A DNA stretch of 64,000 bases. Origin: a virus. This document shows, piece by piece, positions 38,389 to 48,523 of this stretch. Each line of letters opens with the position of its first letter. Position 1 is the first letter of the stretch. The notes beneath the pieces were generated by a model. It made no database searches. It saw nothing but the letters and a program-made list of their open reading frames with translations, and was not told where the DNA came from. The stretch is from positions 48,820-112,819 of IMG/VR virus record IMGVR_UViG_3300032286_000719, one strand, 5' to 3'. The position numbers and the translations under genes are program-made.

Positions 38389-39011
38389 TTCTTTTTTAGT
38401 ATTAAATCATAATAATTTATTGTTTCTTTTGTACCATCACTATTATGACTTGTCCAAGTCTGTGGTGCTTCTTTTCTACATTTTGCAATTCTTTCTGCTG
38501 TAGTGCCTTTTGTTTCTCTAGTATAATACAACCAAGATTCCCAGTAATGGTCTAAGTGTGGAGCTACAAATGTTACAGCTATCTGCCATTTAAAAAATAC
38601 AAAAGAAATCATTGGACTCCATTCAAATCTATAATCATCATATTTTGTTTTCCATCCCAGTCTAACAAAATCAAATCCTATCTTTTTAGGAACAGCATAG
38701 GAATAACTTTTTTTTTCCTCGTAGAGTTCACTATAAGACTTTATAGTTCTTGCGTGATTAGGATTGAGTTCATTATATCTTTTCTCTCTTTCTATATGTT
38801 TTAAAACAGCATCATTAATTAATTTAGGTGTACCTTTCACCCATTTTCTAGGAAAGAAATAAGGCGTACCTAATGCAATCTTACCACAATAAAAATTTAA
38901 CTTCAAAGGCTTAAATGGAGAACTATATGTTCTCAAAAAGCTAAAGTCATTTATAAAGTACTTTATTCTATTTTTTAGTGTCATAATCCTTTTTCTTTTA
39001 AATGTTTCCAT
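38379..39011 (-). CDS. hypothetical protein
   Basis: Aromatic-rich ORF in the operon. Confidence 0.5.
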   Translation of the reverse strand: METFKRKRIMTLKNRIKYFINDFSFLRTYSSPFKPLKLNFYCGKIALGTPYFFPRKWVKGTPKLINDAVLKHIEREKRYNELNPNHARTIKSYSELYEEKKSYSYAVPKKIGFDFVRLGWKTKYDDYRFEWSPMISFVFFKWQIAVTFVAPHLDHYWESWLYYTRETKGTTAERIAKCRKEAPQTWTSHNSDGTKETINYYDLILKKKWL

Positions 39012-39014
39012 AAT

Positions 39015-39644
39015 CTAAATATCAGTACCTCCTTTTGGTTTTTGTTGAGATTCATTGATCTGTTCTCCTGAGTTAATTAATTCAATATAGGGCTCAAATG
39101 CTCTTTGATTCAGATAGGTGACACTATTTTGCATGAATGTCATTCTATTACTGCTAGTTTGTAGAGAAGATTCTTTCTTCTGTAAGATTTCGAAATTCAA
39201 AGCAGCTATAAGCTGTTGAGCTGTATATTCTCCTTCTATTATTATCTTATCAAACTTCAGTCTGCATTCATCTTTACCCTTTCTAATAGCTCTGGTACCT
39301 GTAAACTTCTTACCCTTGTAGTCAAAAGAATCAGTGCCTGGATATATCTTCCACCATTCTTCAAAATCTGTTGTAGCAGGTCTTCTCTTTATAATTTTAG
39401 CACTGCCTTTGATGTTTAAGAATTCAAGTAGATCTCTACCTAATGTTGTGAGCTTGTCATCATTCTCTGTTATCAACCCTTTTCTTATTAGAGCTTGATA
39501 GACAGCAGCAATTCTCATACTTCCCTCACATAGTGGAGAAACATCATATTGCTCGTCTATCAGCTTCAATAAATATAAAATGTCTAGGTTATAACTTCGT
39601 TTGATGAGCTCTTCGAATTGTTCTGGTGATACAATTAGTTTCAT
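39015..39644 (-). CDS. putative replication initiator / helicase loader with winged HTH
   Basis: 'LIRKGLI...LTTLG', 'FEEWWKIYP', 'TYLNQRAFE'; upstream of DnaB. Confidence 0.55.
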   Translation of the reverse strand: MKLIVSPEQFEELIKRSYNLDILYLLKLIDEQYDVSPLCEGSMRIAAVYQALIRKGLITENDDKLTTLGRDLLEFLNIKGSAKIIKRRPATTDFEEWWKIYPGTDSFDYKGKKFTGTRAIRKGKDECRLKFDKIIIEGEYTAQQLIAALNFEILQKKESSLQTSSNRMTFMQNSVTYLNQRAFEPYIELINSGEQINESQQKPKGGTDI

Positions 39645-40320
39645 CTGTTGTTATAGGTGTTAAAACTTGTATAATTGCAGGCAAACGCTTCTTGCGATCC
39701 TGCTCTTCCTCCCATTGATACATTGCTGCCTCAATATCTTTCTGTCTCTCCATGGCATATATCTCATCACTGGGATAATCCCAATCCTCCAATATCCAAT
39801 CCATTATTCAGATTTTTTAGTTCTTTTCTTGTAATATTTTTTCTTCTTAGGAGCTATTGCTTTTTCAGTAGAAACAGGTGTTACATCTTCTTTGATTGGA
39901 GGAATAGAAGATGGTGTAGAAAGATCAACCACTTTCCTAGGTTGAAACTTAATAACAGGAACATCTTCTTCTATTTCTTGTGCATTTTTACTAAAAATGT
40001 ACAAAGCAATCATTGTTACAACAGCGATTACTGGCAAAATAATAAATAAATAATTCATACTTGTTAGGATTTAATGCGAAGACCAAATTGTAGGTCAAAC
40101 CAACTGAATGTATCTTCAGCCTTCGCTTTGTTAAATTTAAAAATTTTCTTTAATAGAGGAATAGCATAACGCTTAAACTCCTCATGTTGTGCTGGTGTCA
40201 TGGTCCAATTGAAGTACCACATGTCATCATCTAATGTGTCCACCATTCTTTTACCAACCATATCAAGTTGATACTCGATTAAATGTCTGGTAATGTTTGC
40301 TCTGTTTACTTTTGCTTTCA

Positions 40321-42282
40321 TTAGAAAAGATTTAATTGATTAGGAATAAAAACTGTCTTGATACGTTTACCTTCAGTCTCTATCTTCGTGATGATTCTGT
40401 TGGCTTTCTCAATATAGTAATCATAATTGACATTGTCAACCTTACTACCTTTTGGTAGATAATTACAAACTTCACATACCCAATCACCAGCTTCCACTTG
40501 ACTAATAGCTGCAGCTCTGGTTTGACATTCAGGGTTTTTCACCTTAAATATCTTATCACCAGTGTTAGATACATAATACCTAATTAGCTTGTTGTAAACA
40601 GTTTTTTGTCCTGTAGCTCTATTAGTTCCTTCATAATGGAAACTTCTACTAGCTTTCTGTCTTATACAAAAATCATAGAGGTTAGTATGGGCTCGTATAG
40701 TTTCTTCAACAGGTACACCATCAACAAAATAACGCTCAAGAGCAATAGGAACAATCCTAGCTGATTTATTCTTGTGTAACTCAAAGTCAGTAAGGAAATC
40801 ACCTTTCTTTTTAATTTCTCCATTAGTCATAATTGCTAAGTAATCATTCACAGTACTAAAGATAATCTTGGAATAGTCAGTTCTTTCTAACTCATATTGA
40901 GTCATGCTACACCACCATTCATTAAGCTTATGCATCAAAGGAATCTTGTCTTTCTTAATCCTTATAGTTACACCATCTGTATTTGCAGAGATCACCTGTA
41001 TGCCATTCAATTCGTATTGTTCGATAAGCATCATTAGACTAAGCTCACCAGTTATAGTGGTGAACATAGTTAACTGCCTATCAAATATCCATGATAGCAT
41101 ATCAGATGACTTACCATACACAGAGTTAACTGCAAGTTTAAGTGCTCCAACAATTCCTTTAATCTTCTTATCGCTCTTTGCAAGGGGTTTTAGCTCCAAT
41201 CTCTTATCAAACATCTGTTTGTATCCCCTAAGGAATTCCTTTCCTAAATGAGCAGGAAAACGACCATTGTTGATAATAATAGCTGGATAGTAAGAACTAA
41301 CATCCCAATCGATTATCTCGTACTCTTCATCAGCTTCAAACACCTTAGGTGCATTCTCTGTATGAAGACCACCTTTCATAAAAGAATATACATTCCCATA
41401 GAAATGTAATTCTTCTTTGAAATCATCTTGAAGACCCAATTGAGCCTTCTTTATTCTTTTTAAGAAATCACTAAGTTCTGTTGTCTCAAATATAACATAC
41501 TTAGCAATGCAATCTTTTAAGTATATATTCTTTCTGAAAAACCCTTTTCGAGGAAGTTCCTTATACTCAATACCTTTCTCTTGGCAATAGAACTTCTTGA
41601 TTATTTCATCACCTATCTTACTGTCTGAATAGTTCAAACAAGGAATACCAAACTCAGCTTCAATGTCTTGTCTCAGCTCTATTTGATTGTTTCCTTTGTA
41701 TAAGGGATGATCAGTGTCACCCATAGTGACTTTATAAAACTCATAAGTTGCATCCACATCATTGTAACAATAGTCTATAGTGAGATCTACATCTTCTTTA
41801 GTCATGTTTGTTTTACTGTGATGTATAGGCATTTCTTCAATATTCTCTAAGTCCATTTCAAACTCTAGTCTTTTTAGAGAGACCATACGATTCTTATTAT
41901 CGTAGTGATTTATCTTGAACAGATCTATTTGTTTGAGACTTAGTTCATGTTCTCTGTATTCAGGGAATACATCATAATTAGCATCATGAATAGTATCTGC
42001 AGCCTTCTGTGCTATCTTAGCACATATTTCTAGATTAGTTAGTTCATGCCACTGATCGTAGTTTCTAAGAATCCATTCAACAACCTGACTGTCAAAGCGT
42101 AGATTATTATAACCTACCCAATAAGCATCAGAGTTGTCTTCTGTATATCTAACAAAGCTATCTAGTTGATTCTTCCACTTAGATACTTGAAAGCTCTTAC
42201 CAGCTTTACCAGGCACCATACACACTATTAAGAATAGTTCTTGCATGGTTTCTATGTCGTAACATATTACGTTTTCTTTCAT
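40321..42282 (-). CDS. family B DNA polymerase
   Basis: Exo 'YDIET', 'GYNNLRFD', 'YCYNDV'; pol 'DVSSYYP', 'KLAVNSVYGK', 'ANTDG', 'KKKG'. Confidence 0.92.
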   Translation of the reverse strand: MKENVICYDIETMQELFLIVCMVPGKAGKSFQVSKWKNQLDSFVRYTEDNSDAYWVGYNNLRFDSQVVEWILRNYDQWHELTNLEICAKIAQKAADTIHDANYDVFPEYREHELSLKQIDLFKINHYDNKNRMVSLKRLEFEMDLENIEEMPIHHSKTNMTKEDVDLTIDYCYNDVDATYEFYKVTMGDTDHPLYKGNNQIELRQDIEAEFGIPCLNYSDSKIGDEIIKKFYCQEKGIEYKELPRKGFFRKNIYLKDCIAKYVIFETTELSDFLKRIKKAQLGLQDDFKEELHFYGNVYSFMKGGLHTENAPKVFEADEEYEIIDWDVSSYYPAIIINNGRFPAHLGKEFLRGYKQMFDKRLELKPLAKSDKKIKGIVGALKLAVNSVYGKSSDMLSWIFDRQLTMFTTITGELSLMMLIEQYELNGIQVISANTDGVTIRIKKDKIPLMHKLNEWWCSMTQYELERTDYSKIIFSTVNDYLAIMTNGEIKKKGDFLTDFELHKNKSARIVPIALERYFVDGVPVEETIRAHTNLYDFCIRQKASRSFHYEGTNRATGQKTVYNKLIRYYVSNTGDKIFKVKNPECQTRAAAISQVEAGDWVCEVCNYLPKGSKVDNVNYDYYIEKANRIITKIETEGKRIKTVFIPNQLNLF

Positions 42283-42482
42283 GTTCTTGTTGTTTTTTTA
42301 TGGTCTTTCCAATCTAGCCAAAAGCCTATTGCCACTATGATATTCATTCCAAATGAAATTAAAATTTCATGCAAATCTTCATAGATATTAATAGATAGGT
42401 GGATATGTCCTACCATCCAAAAAGGAATAGCAAGATTATTCGATATCCACCTAACTAAATAATTTATAAACTTCATAGTCTA

Positions 42483-42490
42483 CAAAGATA
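42483..42490 (-). promoter_or_regulatory. -7 promoter element TATCTTTG upstream of the PolB operon
   Basis: Intergenic TAnnTTTG. Confidence 0.5.
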
Positions 42491-42519
42491 ATTAAAAATA
42501 TTATATTATTCTAACAGGT

Positions 42520-42987
42520 TTAGTTATTAAAATAGTATCTGATGTGATCAGAATAGATCACCACTTTCTTTGGTGTATCAGTGAATGAAATAATACTTGC
42601 AGGCACTTCAATACCTATTTCTGCAGGTTGTCTTTCAATGTTAGGATGTACAATCTCTTCACAGATCTCTTGTACAACAGGCACTTTACTTGTTTCAATG
42701 TCTAAATCCCATAGAGATCCTGGCATAGGTTGAAAGTCCATTGTAACAGCTTCTTGTATAATAGCTGGTCTTGGTGCTTTCTTTCTTACATAAGGTCTTT
42801 TAGTTGGACCTTCATAAGTGTTAACAATTTTTCTTGTCATCTTGGACAATCTTAAGACCTTGCTGTAAACTCCAGCTACTGGTCTATTCCATTCTTTTGC
42901 TAAATCATCAGCAATGATTGCTACAGGCTTACCTGTTCTGATTTCTTGTTTGATTTGATTAATCTGTTTTGGTGTGTAATGTTTCAT
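42520..42987 (-). CDS. putative HTH DNA-binding protein
   Basis: 'YTPKQI...IADDLAKEWNRPVAGVYSKV'. Confidence 0.45.
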   Translation of the reverse strand: MKHYTPKQINQIKQEIRTGKPVAIIADDLAKEWNRPVAGVYSKVLRLSKMTRKIVNTYEGPTKRPYVRKKAPRPAIIQEAVTMDFQPMPGSLWDLDIETSKVPVVQEICEEIVHPNIERQPAEIGIEVPASIISFTDTPKKVVIYSDHIRYYFNN

Positions 42988-43010
42988 GATTTAAAATTTA
43001 TTTAGTTTAT

Positions 43011-43460
43011 TTATTCTTCTTCTAATCCATCGTTTAGTGTTTCATCCCAGTCATCAAGTTCTTCGTCTGGTACTAGAGATAACACCACTTTATCTTCTAT
43101 AAGAGTTACTCCCTCATCTTCATCACCATCAATATCAATATATCCATCAAACTCTCGTAATAGGTAATTGATATCATCTAATGTGATGTCTCTGAGTTCA
43201 TCTGTATGCTTTCCTTCATCCCACCAACCTATTTCATCATGTGAAGCAAGTAGGTTTCCATTCTCATCAATAATAGCAAGTTCTACAGGAACTCCATGTC
43301 TGCTCATAAATGAATCAGGGTCTTCAGGTAATTCTTCAAGCTCAAAGAGCTCAATGAATGGATCTATTACACCAACAGATATTCTGTTGACGAAAAGCAT
43401 ACCTACCTCCAATTCTGGAGGCAGATAGCTCTTTACTACAATTTCAGCTGGATACCACAT
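43011..43460 (-). CDS. acidic hypothetical protein
   Basis: Very D/E-rich; C-terminal 'DWDETLNDGLEEE'. Confidence 0.5.
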   Translation of the reverse strand: MWYPAEIVVKSYLPPELEVGMLFVNRISVGVIDPFIELFELEELPEDPDSFMSRHGVPVELAIIDENGNLLASHDEIGWWDEGKHTDELRDITLDDINYLLREFDGYIDIDGDEDEGVTLIEDKVVLSLVPDEELDDWDETLNDGLEEE

Positions 43461-44063
43461 TAGAACTTCACTTTAATTGGTTGTTCAGCTATTTGATATA
43501 CAGAACGTACACTTGCAAGTCTCAACAATATATGAAGCTGTTCAGCTTCTAAATAGTCAATCTCTTTCTTAGTGCATACACCAATAATCTGTATTCCATC
43601 ACCTGTGTCTACTAATTGCATAGCCACTTGTTTCTTTAGATTATCAGCCCATTCTTCATCATCACTGAAGTATAATGTATGAACTGTTGCATGTTCTGCA
43701 GCTCGTAATTTATGATAATCATACTCATGTTTATCATTGATGTAGATCTCTTCTCTGTATAACACATCACTTGTGTTATCAATTACATCTTGAATTTGTT
43801 TACTTAATGTTGCCATGTTTGTTTATTTAATAATTAATAACCTGCTAGTTTAGATATCATGCCTTCTTGCTCTAATAGATAAGCAAGACTGCTTTCTTCT
43901 TTATTAGATAGTTTACTAATAGAGGAAATAAGACTAATTCTATCATAAGTAATGTTATCACCATACAGTGATTTTACATTTTTGCCTATTTCTAGGAGCT
44001 CTGAGACATTAAAATTGTCTATAGGATCTTCATTAAGATCCTGCCATTTACCATTTATTATTT

Positions 44064-44471
44064 TCATTGTTCTTGATTTATTTCTTGTTTAAATTTCTCT
44101 AACCATTGATTAAATGTAATTGCTTTATATGCTGAACTACTAAATTGAAAACGCATGTTTCGATAAGATGAGTACCAAGCACATTCTAAATCTTCCTCAC
44201 TATAACCTTGTTCTTGTTGAGCTAACCAATAACCATCAATAAAACATTTTTTATACATCCATTTATTTTCAGAATATGGTGGTATGTTTTCTTGAATATA
44301 ATTTTCAGCAACTTCTTCAAGTGTTTCTTGTTTTGGTTTTTCAGGTCCACAGTCACAAGTTGTAGTATGACCACAATAGCATTTTGTTTGTTCTTCCATA
44401 TCTTCTAACAATCTATATTTATTTGCTTCTGTAGATAATAAGTGTTCTGTTTCATTTTGTTTTTGTTTCAT
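44064..44471 (-). CDS. mosaic small-protein family member
   Basis: 'CYCGHTTTCDC', 'QETLEEVAE', 'YSEEDL', 'FNQWLEKFK'. Confidence 0.55.
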   Translation of the reverse strand: MKQKQNETEHLLSTEANKYRLLEDMEEQTKCYCGHTTTCDCGPEKPKQETLEEVAENYIQENIPPYSENKWMYKKCFIDGYWLAQQEQGYSEEDLECAWYSSYRNMRFQFSSSAYKAITFNQWLEKFKQEINQEQ

Positions 44472-44746
44472 AAGTTTTCTTTTTTATATATTTCTAATAG
44501 TTTTTCTACTGATATATTTTCAATTGGTTCAAATCTAATTTTTAAACACCACTCTGCAAATTCAATGGCGTAATCATCATTTAACTGCACAACAGAATCA
44601 AACCCTTTATCGTGCATTTCAATCATCTGTTGCTTTTCCATTTCTTTGGCATTATGAAATACTGCTTCGTTATACTCTATATCTTGATTTGATATTGGAT
44701 TTTCTAATAAGTTTTTATATAACCATTCTACTGCTGTTTGTTTCAT
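44468..44746 (-). CDS. mosaic small-protein family member
   Basis: 'KQTAVEWL', 'AKEMEKQQ', 'LLEIYKKE'. Confidence 0.55.
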   Translation of the reverse strand: MKQTAVEWLYKNLLENPISNQDIEYNEAVFHNAKEMEKQQMIEMHDKGFDSVVQLNDDYAIEFAEWCLKIRFEPIENISVEKLLEIYKKENL

Positions 44747-44747
44747 A

Positions 44748-45071
44748 TTATTTGTTTTTAAATTTGTTAAACCAACTAAAAAAGTTAGCTGGTCTTATTT
44801 CTCCTTGTGCTGTAACTAAACTACCTATTTCTCCATCATCTTTATGTGTAAGAGCTTTTTGTAATAGTTCAATTACTTCTTCCTCACTATAACTTCTTTC
44901 TTGTTGCCATTTAGCACCTTCAATAAAATCATTATAGTATCTATTGTTGTTGTCTTCTGCTATATACCTTTCAGCAGCATCTTTAAGTGCTTGGTTAGGA
45001 AGCTCAATAGTGTCTTCTAAACATGTACAATCTTCTAATGACTTATTACAATCTTTACATTCTTGTTTCAT
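44748..45071 (-). CDS. mosaic small-protein family member
   Basis: 'FIEGAKWQQERSYSEEEV', 'WFNKFKNK'; start taken at MKQECKDC. Confidence 0.55.
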   Translation of the reverse strand: MKQECKDCNKSLEDCTCLEDTIELPNQALKDAAERYIAEDNNNRYYNDFIEGAKWQQERSYSEEEVIELLQKALTHKDDGEIGSLVTAQGEIRPANFFSWFNKFKNK

Positions 45072-45661
45072 AATTAAAATCTGGTATATAATTAGGGTTA
45101 ACAATTAAACTAATGCTGTCTATTGATTTAAACACTGTAGAAGCTGTAAACTTCTCTAGTGCTTCCATTATATTGTCTGCATCAACAAATTTTTCTAGGT
45201 CTGTGGCTTCATCATTACGTTCTGCCCAATAACATATTAAATACTTTCTCATGATGCTACAAGTTTAGGTGTACATACATGACCATCACTCCATTTAATT
45301 GGTGGAGGTGGTGTTGTTTCTGGTGAGCGATATATTGTACCACACTCACTACATTCAAATTTATTCATGTTATATTTAATTTTTTAAAATTATCTTTTGC
45401 TTCTTCTGTTTCAAACCACATAAATTCAAGACATTTATAAACACTTAGATTTGTTTTCCAACAATCTTTAATATACTCTTCATATTGGATAAAATCTTCA
45501 TCAGTGTACTTGTAATCATCTTCTGTACGTCTGTCTTTTAGTCTTTGTAAGTAATCTTCAAATGTTTCTTTCATATTATAATGTGATTTTATAGTTAAAT
45601 TGTCAGGATAAACCTGATATATAGTATATAAATGATACTATAATGTGATTTATAAAAGAAT

Positions 45662-45684
45662 AAGGGCTCCACTACAGAGCCCTT
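45662..45684 (-). terminator. intrinsic terminator hairpin
   Basis: AAGGGCTC-N7-GAGCCCTT followed by ATTCTTTT on the - strand. Confidence 0.65.
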
Positions 45685-45696
45685 GAATTCCCCTCC

Positions 45697-45843
45697 TTAA
45701 TAACCCAACTGTTCAAGTTGGTCTATATTGGCTTCCACAATGTACACACCCTGTGCCATTGTACATACAAATGCAATACACATTGCAAATGCTAATTGTC
45801 TGAACTGATAAAACTCAGTTGGTTTCATTTCGATTGTCTTCAT
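45697..45843 (-). CDS. 48-aa small protein (MKTIEMKPTEFYQFRQLAFAMCIAFVCTMAQGVYIVEANIDQLEQLGY)
   Basis: Translated by hand; preceded by the CCTTAATAA leader motif and followed by a terminator. Confidence 0.55.
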   Translation of the reverse strand: MKTIEMKPTEFYQFRQLAFAMCIAFVCTMAQGVYIVEANIDQLEQLGY

Positions 45844-46052
45844 GTTATTTATTATTAAGGATTAAAAAATACATTATAGGTTCTTTTCATTGATCACTTT
45901 CACCTTTGGTGATTGTGAGGCAGGAATAGAATGTGTGAGCTGTAACAAAGCAAGTCTAATAATAATATTAGCTGACTCATTAAGTGCTTTAGCTTTAGCA
46001 ATTGATCTTTCACCTGATTCTAGTTTCTCATAGTTCTCAAGCATTTTTTCTG

Positions 46053-46505
46053 TTAGTTTTGTAATTGTTGACATAATCTGAAGGTTTTGATTTGAATTCG
46101 TTTTAGTTCTATTATTTCTTTTGGTACAGTTATACCTTTTAATGATTGACCATCTACTCTTAGTAAATTTTTAATATACTTGTCTGATAAATTAATAGTA
46201 TTAGATTTGCTTTTCTGTTTTTCATATAATCTAATTTTTTCAGGATTAGTGATTCTTCTTAATCTATCAGTACTATTAATTTTTTCTCTATTTTCTTTTT
46301 TGTATTTACTATTATATTCTTTACGTCTAAAATTACGTTCTTTTAGTTTTAGTTTTACTTCAGGTTTACTATTTCTCTTTACATGATAAACTCTTATGCA
46401 TTCTTTACAGTTATAAGTTCTACCATCTTTAAAAGTATTATTGAGTGTAAACTCTGTTATAGGTTTACATTCTTTACATTTTGTGCATGTTTTAGTTATT
46501 TCCAT
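46053..46505 (-). CDS. Zn-finger basic protein (HNH-endonuclease-type N-terminus, no catalytic HNH seen)
   Basis: 'KTCTKCKECKP..EF...DG....CKEC', basic helix, 'LSDKYIK..L'. Confidence 0.55.
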   Translation of the reverse strand: MEITKTCTKCKECKPITEFTLNNTFKDGRTYNCKECIRVYHVKRNSKPEVKLKLKERNFRRKEYNSKYKKENREKINSTDRLRRITNPEKIRLYEKQKSKSNTINLSDKYIKNLLRVDGQSLKGITVPKEIIELKRIQIKTFRLCQQLQN

Positions 46506-46530
46506 TCTTATTTAGTTATTAAAGATAAAT

Positions 46531-46555
46531 AAAAAAGCCTCTACAATAGAGGCTT
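46531..46555 (-). terminator. terminator immediately after the tmRNA
   Basis: AAGCCTCTA-TTG-TAGAGGCTT followed by TTTT on the - strand. Confidence 0.8.
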
Positions 46556-46876
46556 AGTGGAGGTGGTGGGATTCGAACCCACGTCCAAACTACGTTCATT
46601 AATACAATTTATACAGCTTATGGGGTCAAGCTCAGCTCAACGTTTCCACCACTCTATTTAATCTAATAGAGAAATCTTTTTAATTTAGGCTGCTACACCA
46701 ATTTCTTCTCCCAATAGAGAGAATACTGCATTCATGTTAGCTTCGATTTGTGCGTTATCTGCTTCAGACACTACACGAGAAATGTTTTTGCCATTTATTA
46801 AATTCACCTTAGTTTACAGTTATCTCTCTGGCTGATTGCATTAATTATTGGTAACCTGTCAAAACCAGTCACCCCC
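46555..46876 (-). ncRNA. ssrA: tmRNA
   Basis: 5' GGGGGTGACTGGTTTTGACAG; 3' GTGGGTTCGAATCCCACCACCTCCA(CTA). Acceptor stem GGGGGUG/CACCUCC with G3.U70 and discriminator A. Tag ORF 46792->46685 after AUAAAU ends in VAA-stop. Confidence 0.92.
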
Positions 46877-47146
46877 ATTACACTTTTTACAGAAGTGTGA
46901 AACTGTTTAGCTTCTAACAGATTATAAGTTCTGACGCTTTACACAGCTTAGCTATTTTTTGTACATTATAATGTACATTTTGCATGCTTTTTAGTGTTTT
47001 TGTATAATATAATGTATAATATAGGTAAGTTCAGTGATACGCAGCACATACATTGACTATTTAAACTGCTTTGTGGCGATTATAGTCCCCAGTGATTATA
47101 CAAATCCCTGCAAATATAGTTTACAGGGATTAATAAAACAAACAAA

Positions 47147-48523
47147 TCAATACTTAAGTTCTTGTTTACCTGCTTCAGTAGAATAAGTAAACACTTTATC
47201 TTCTTCTGTCACCTCAATCTGTTTACCACCTGTGTTAAGACACAAGTCTTTCAACTGATTACTAAATGACATCAATGATACAGCATTCACCTTGTATGGG
47301 AATTCATCTGTATTAATATCATCTTGACCATCGTTGATAACAAGAATTTCTGGTCTCTCTTCTGATAGATTTACATCAAGATTACAAAGTTTACCAGATT
47401 CTATCTCATTAGAAATGTATTCAATCATATCACCCACCTCTGTCATACCACCATTTGGATCATTAGAAAATGTTTGCCAGAAAGCAATAACATCTTCTTT
47501 ATTCTTGATATGTTGGAAGTTTAGATCTTCTGTACTGTCAACAAAATAACTAAAGAACACTTCAGCTTCTCCTTTCATGACATACTTAAACCTGTCGATT
47601 AATATAGCATTAACCCATATCTGTTTCTGATCATAGTCCATAGAACCTGAATAGTCAAGAATGATAATAATCTTTTGAATCTGTTCTTTTCTATCAACTG
47701 GGACACTCACTGTCAAGTCTTTAGTTAAGAACTTACTTCTGAAGTTTGGGTACACCTTCTGCATTAGATTCATCATATGAATCTGAGAATAGTCTCTCAT
47801 AATCATTGTAGAATACTCATCAGAATTAGCAACAATCTTCTCACTGATTTCTTTCTCCACCTTGAACTCACTACCAAACTGACCAACAAGAGATAAATGG
47901 TTCATAATCTCCATCTTTCTATTCTTGCTTAGTTCATTAAGATCTAATTGGTCATTGATATTTGGATCACTGTAAAGCTGTCTATCAAAGTCTAAGCGTT
48001 TCTTCATGTCCAATTCATCTTCATCATCATCTTCACTTTTCTCAGCATAATCTTTATCACCTTTCTTCATTTTAAGATAAATAGATATAGCTTGCTCTAA
48101 TGGTGTGAATCCAGGAATGAATTGCTCAAAGATACTATCGTATAGAGCTTTTCTTGCTTTATGTTCTTCATCTTCAGAATCTATAAACTGTTCAGCTACA
48201 AAATCACGCTCATCAATCATCTTGAAATAACACACACGTGCTAGTTCTTTGATTGTATCAACAGATGTCTGTTTAGGAGCATGCACCTTCTTTCTGATCT
48301 CTGATGTAGTTGGTGTTAGATATGTAACAGGATCTTTAACAAATAGATCATCGTTGTTATCTGTATCTCCCCATGAGAAAGAGAATGAACCCCATCCACT
48401 TTTAGACCAACCACCACCACCATACTTACTCTTCCAACCCCCTGTACTCTTTGCAGTAGTATAGGTTGGGGCATAACGACTACCATAATAGTCGTCATAC
48501 CCATCATCCCATAAGCTTCTCAT
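47147..48523 (-). CDS. VWA domain protein (MoxR partner)
   Basis: MIDAS 'ILDYSGSM', 'GGMT', 'INDGQD'; G/S/W/Y-rich N-terminus. Confidence 0.85.
   Translation of the reverse strand: MRSLWDDGYDDYYGSRYAPTYTTAKSTGGWKSKYGGGGWSKSGWGSFSFSWGDTDNNDDLFVKDPVTYLTPTTSEIRKKVHAPKQTSVDTIKELARVCYFKMIDERDFVAEQFIDSEDEEHKARKALYDSIFEQFIPGFTPLEQAISIYLKMKKGDKDYAEKSEDDDEDELDMKKRLDFDRQLYSDPNINDQLDLNELSKNRKMEIMNHLSLVGQFGSEFKVEKEISEKIVANSDEYSTMIMRDYSQIHMMNLMQKVYPNFRSKFLTKDLTVSVPVDRKEQIQKIIIILDYSGSMDYDQKQIWVNAILIDRFKYVMKGEAEVFFSYFVDSTEDLNFQHIKNKEDVIAFWQTFSNDPNGGMTEVGDMIEYISNEIESGKLCNLDVNLSEERPEILVINDGQDDINTDEFPYKVNAVSLMSFSNQLKDLCLNTGGKQIEVTEEDKVFTYSTEAGKQELKY

Noticed and set aside
46555-46590. tRNA gene (GGTTCGAATCCC T-arm)
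   Set aside because: No anticodon arm; the matching 5' acceptor strand is ~320 nt away, so it is the tmRNA
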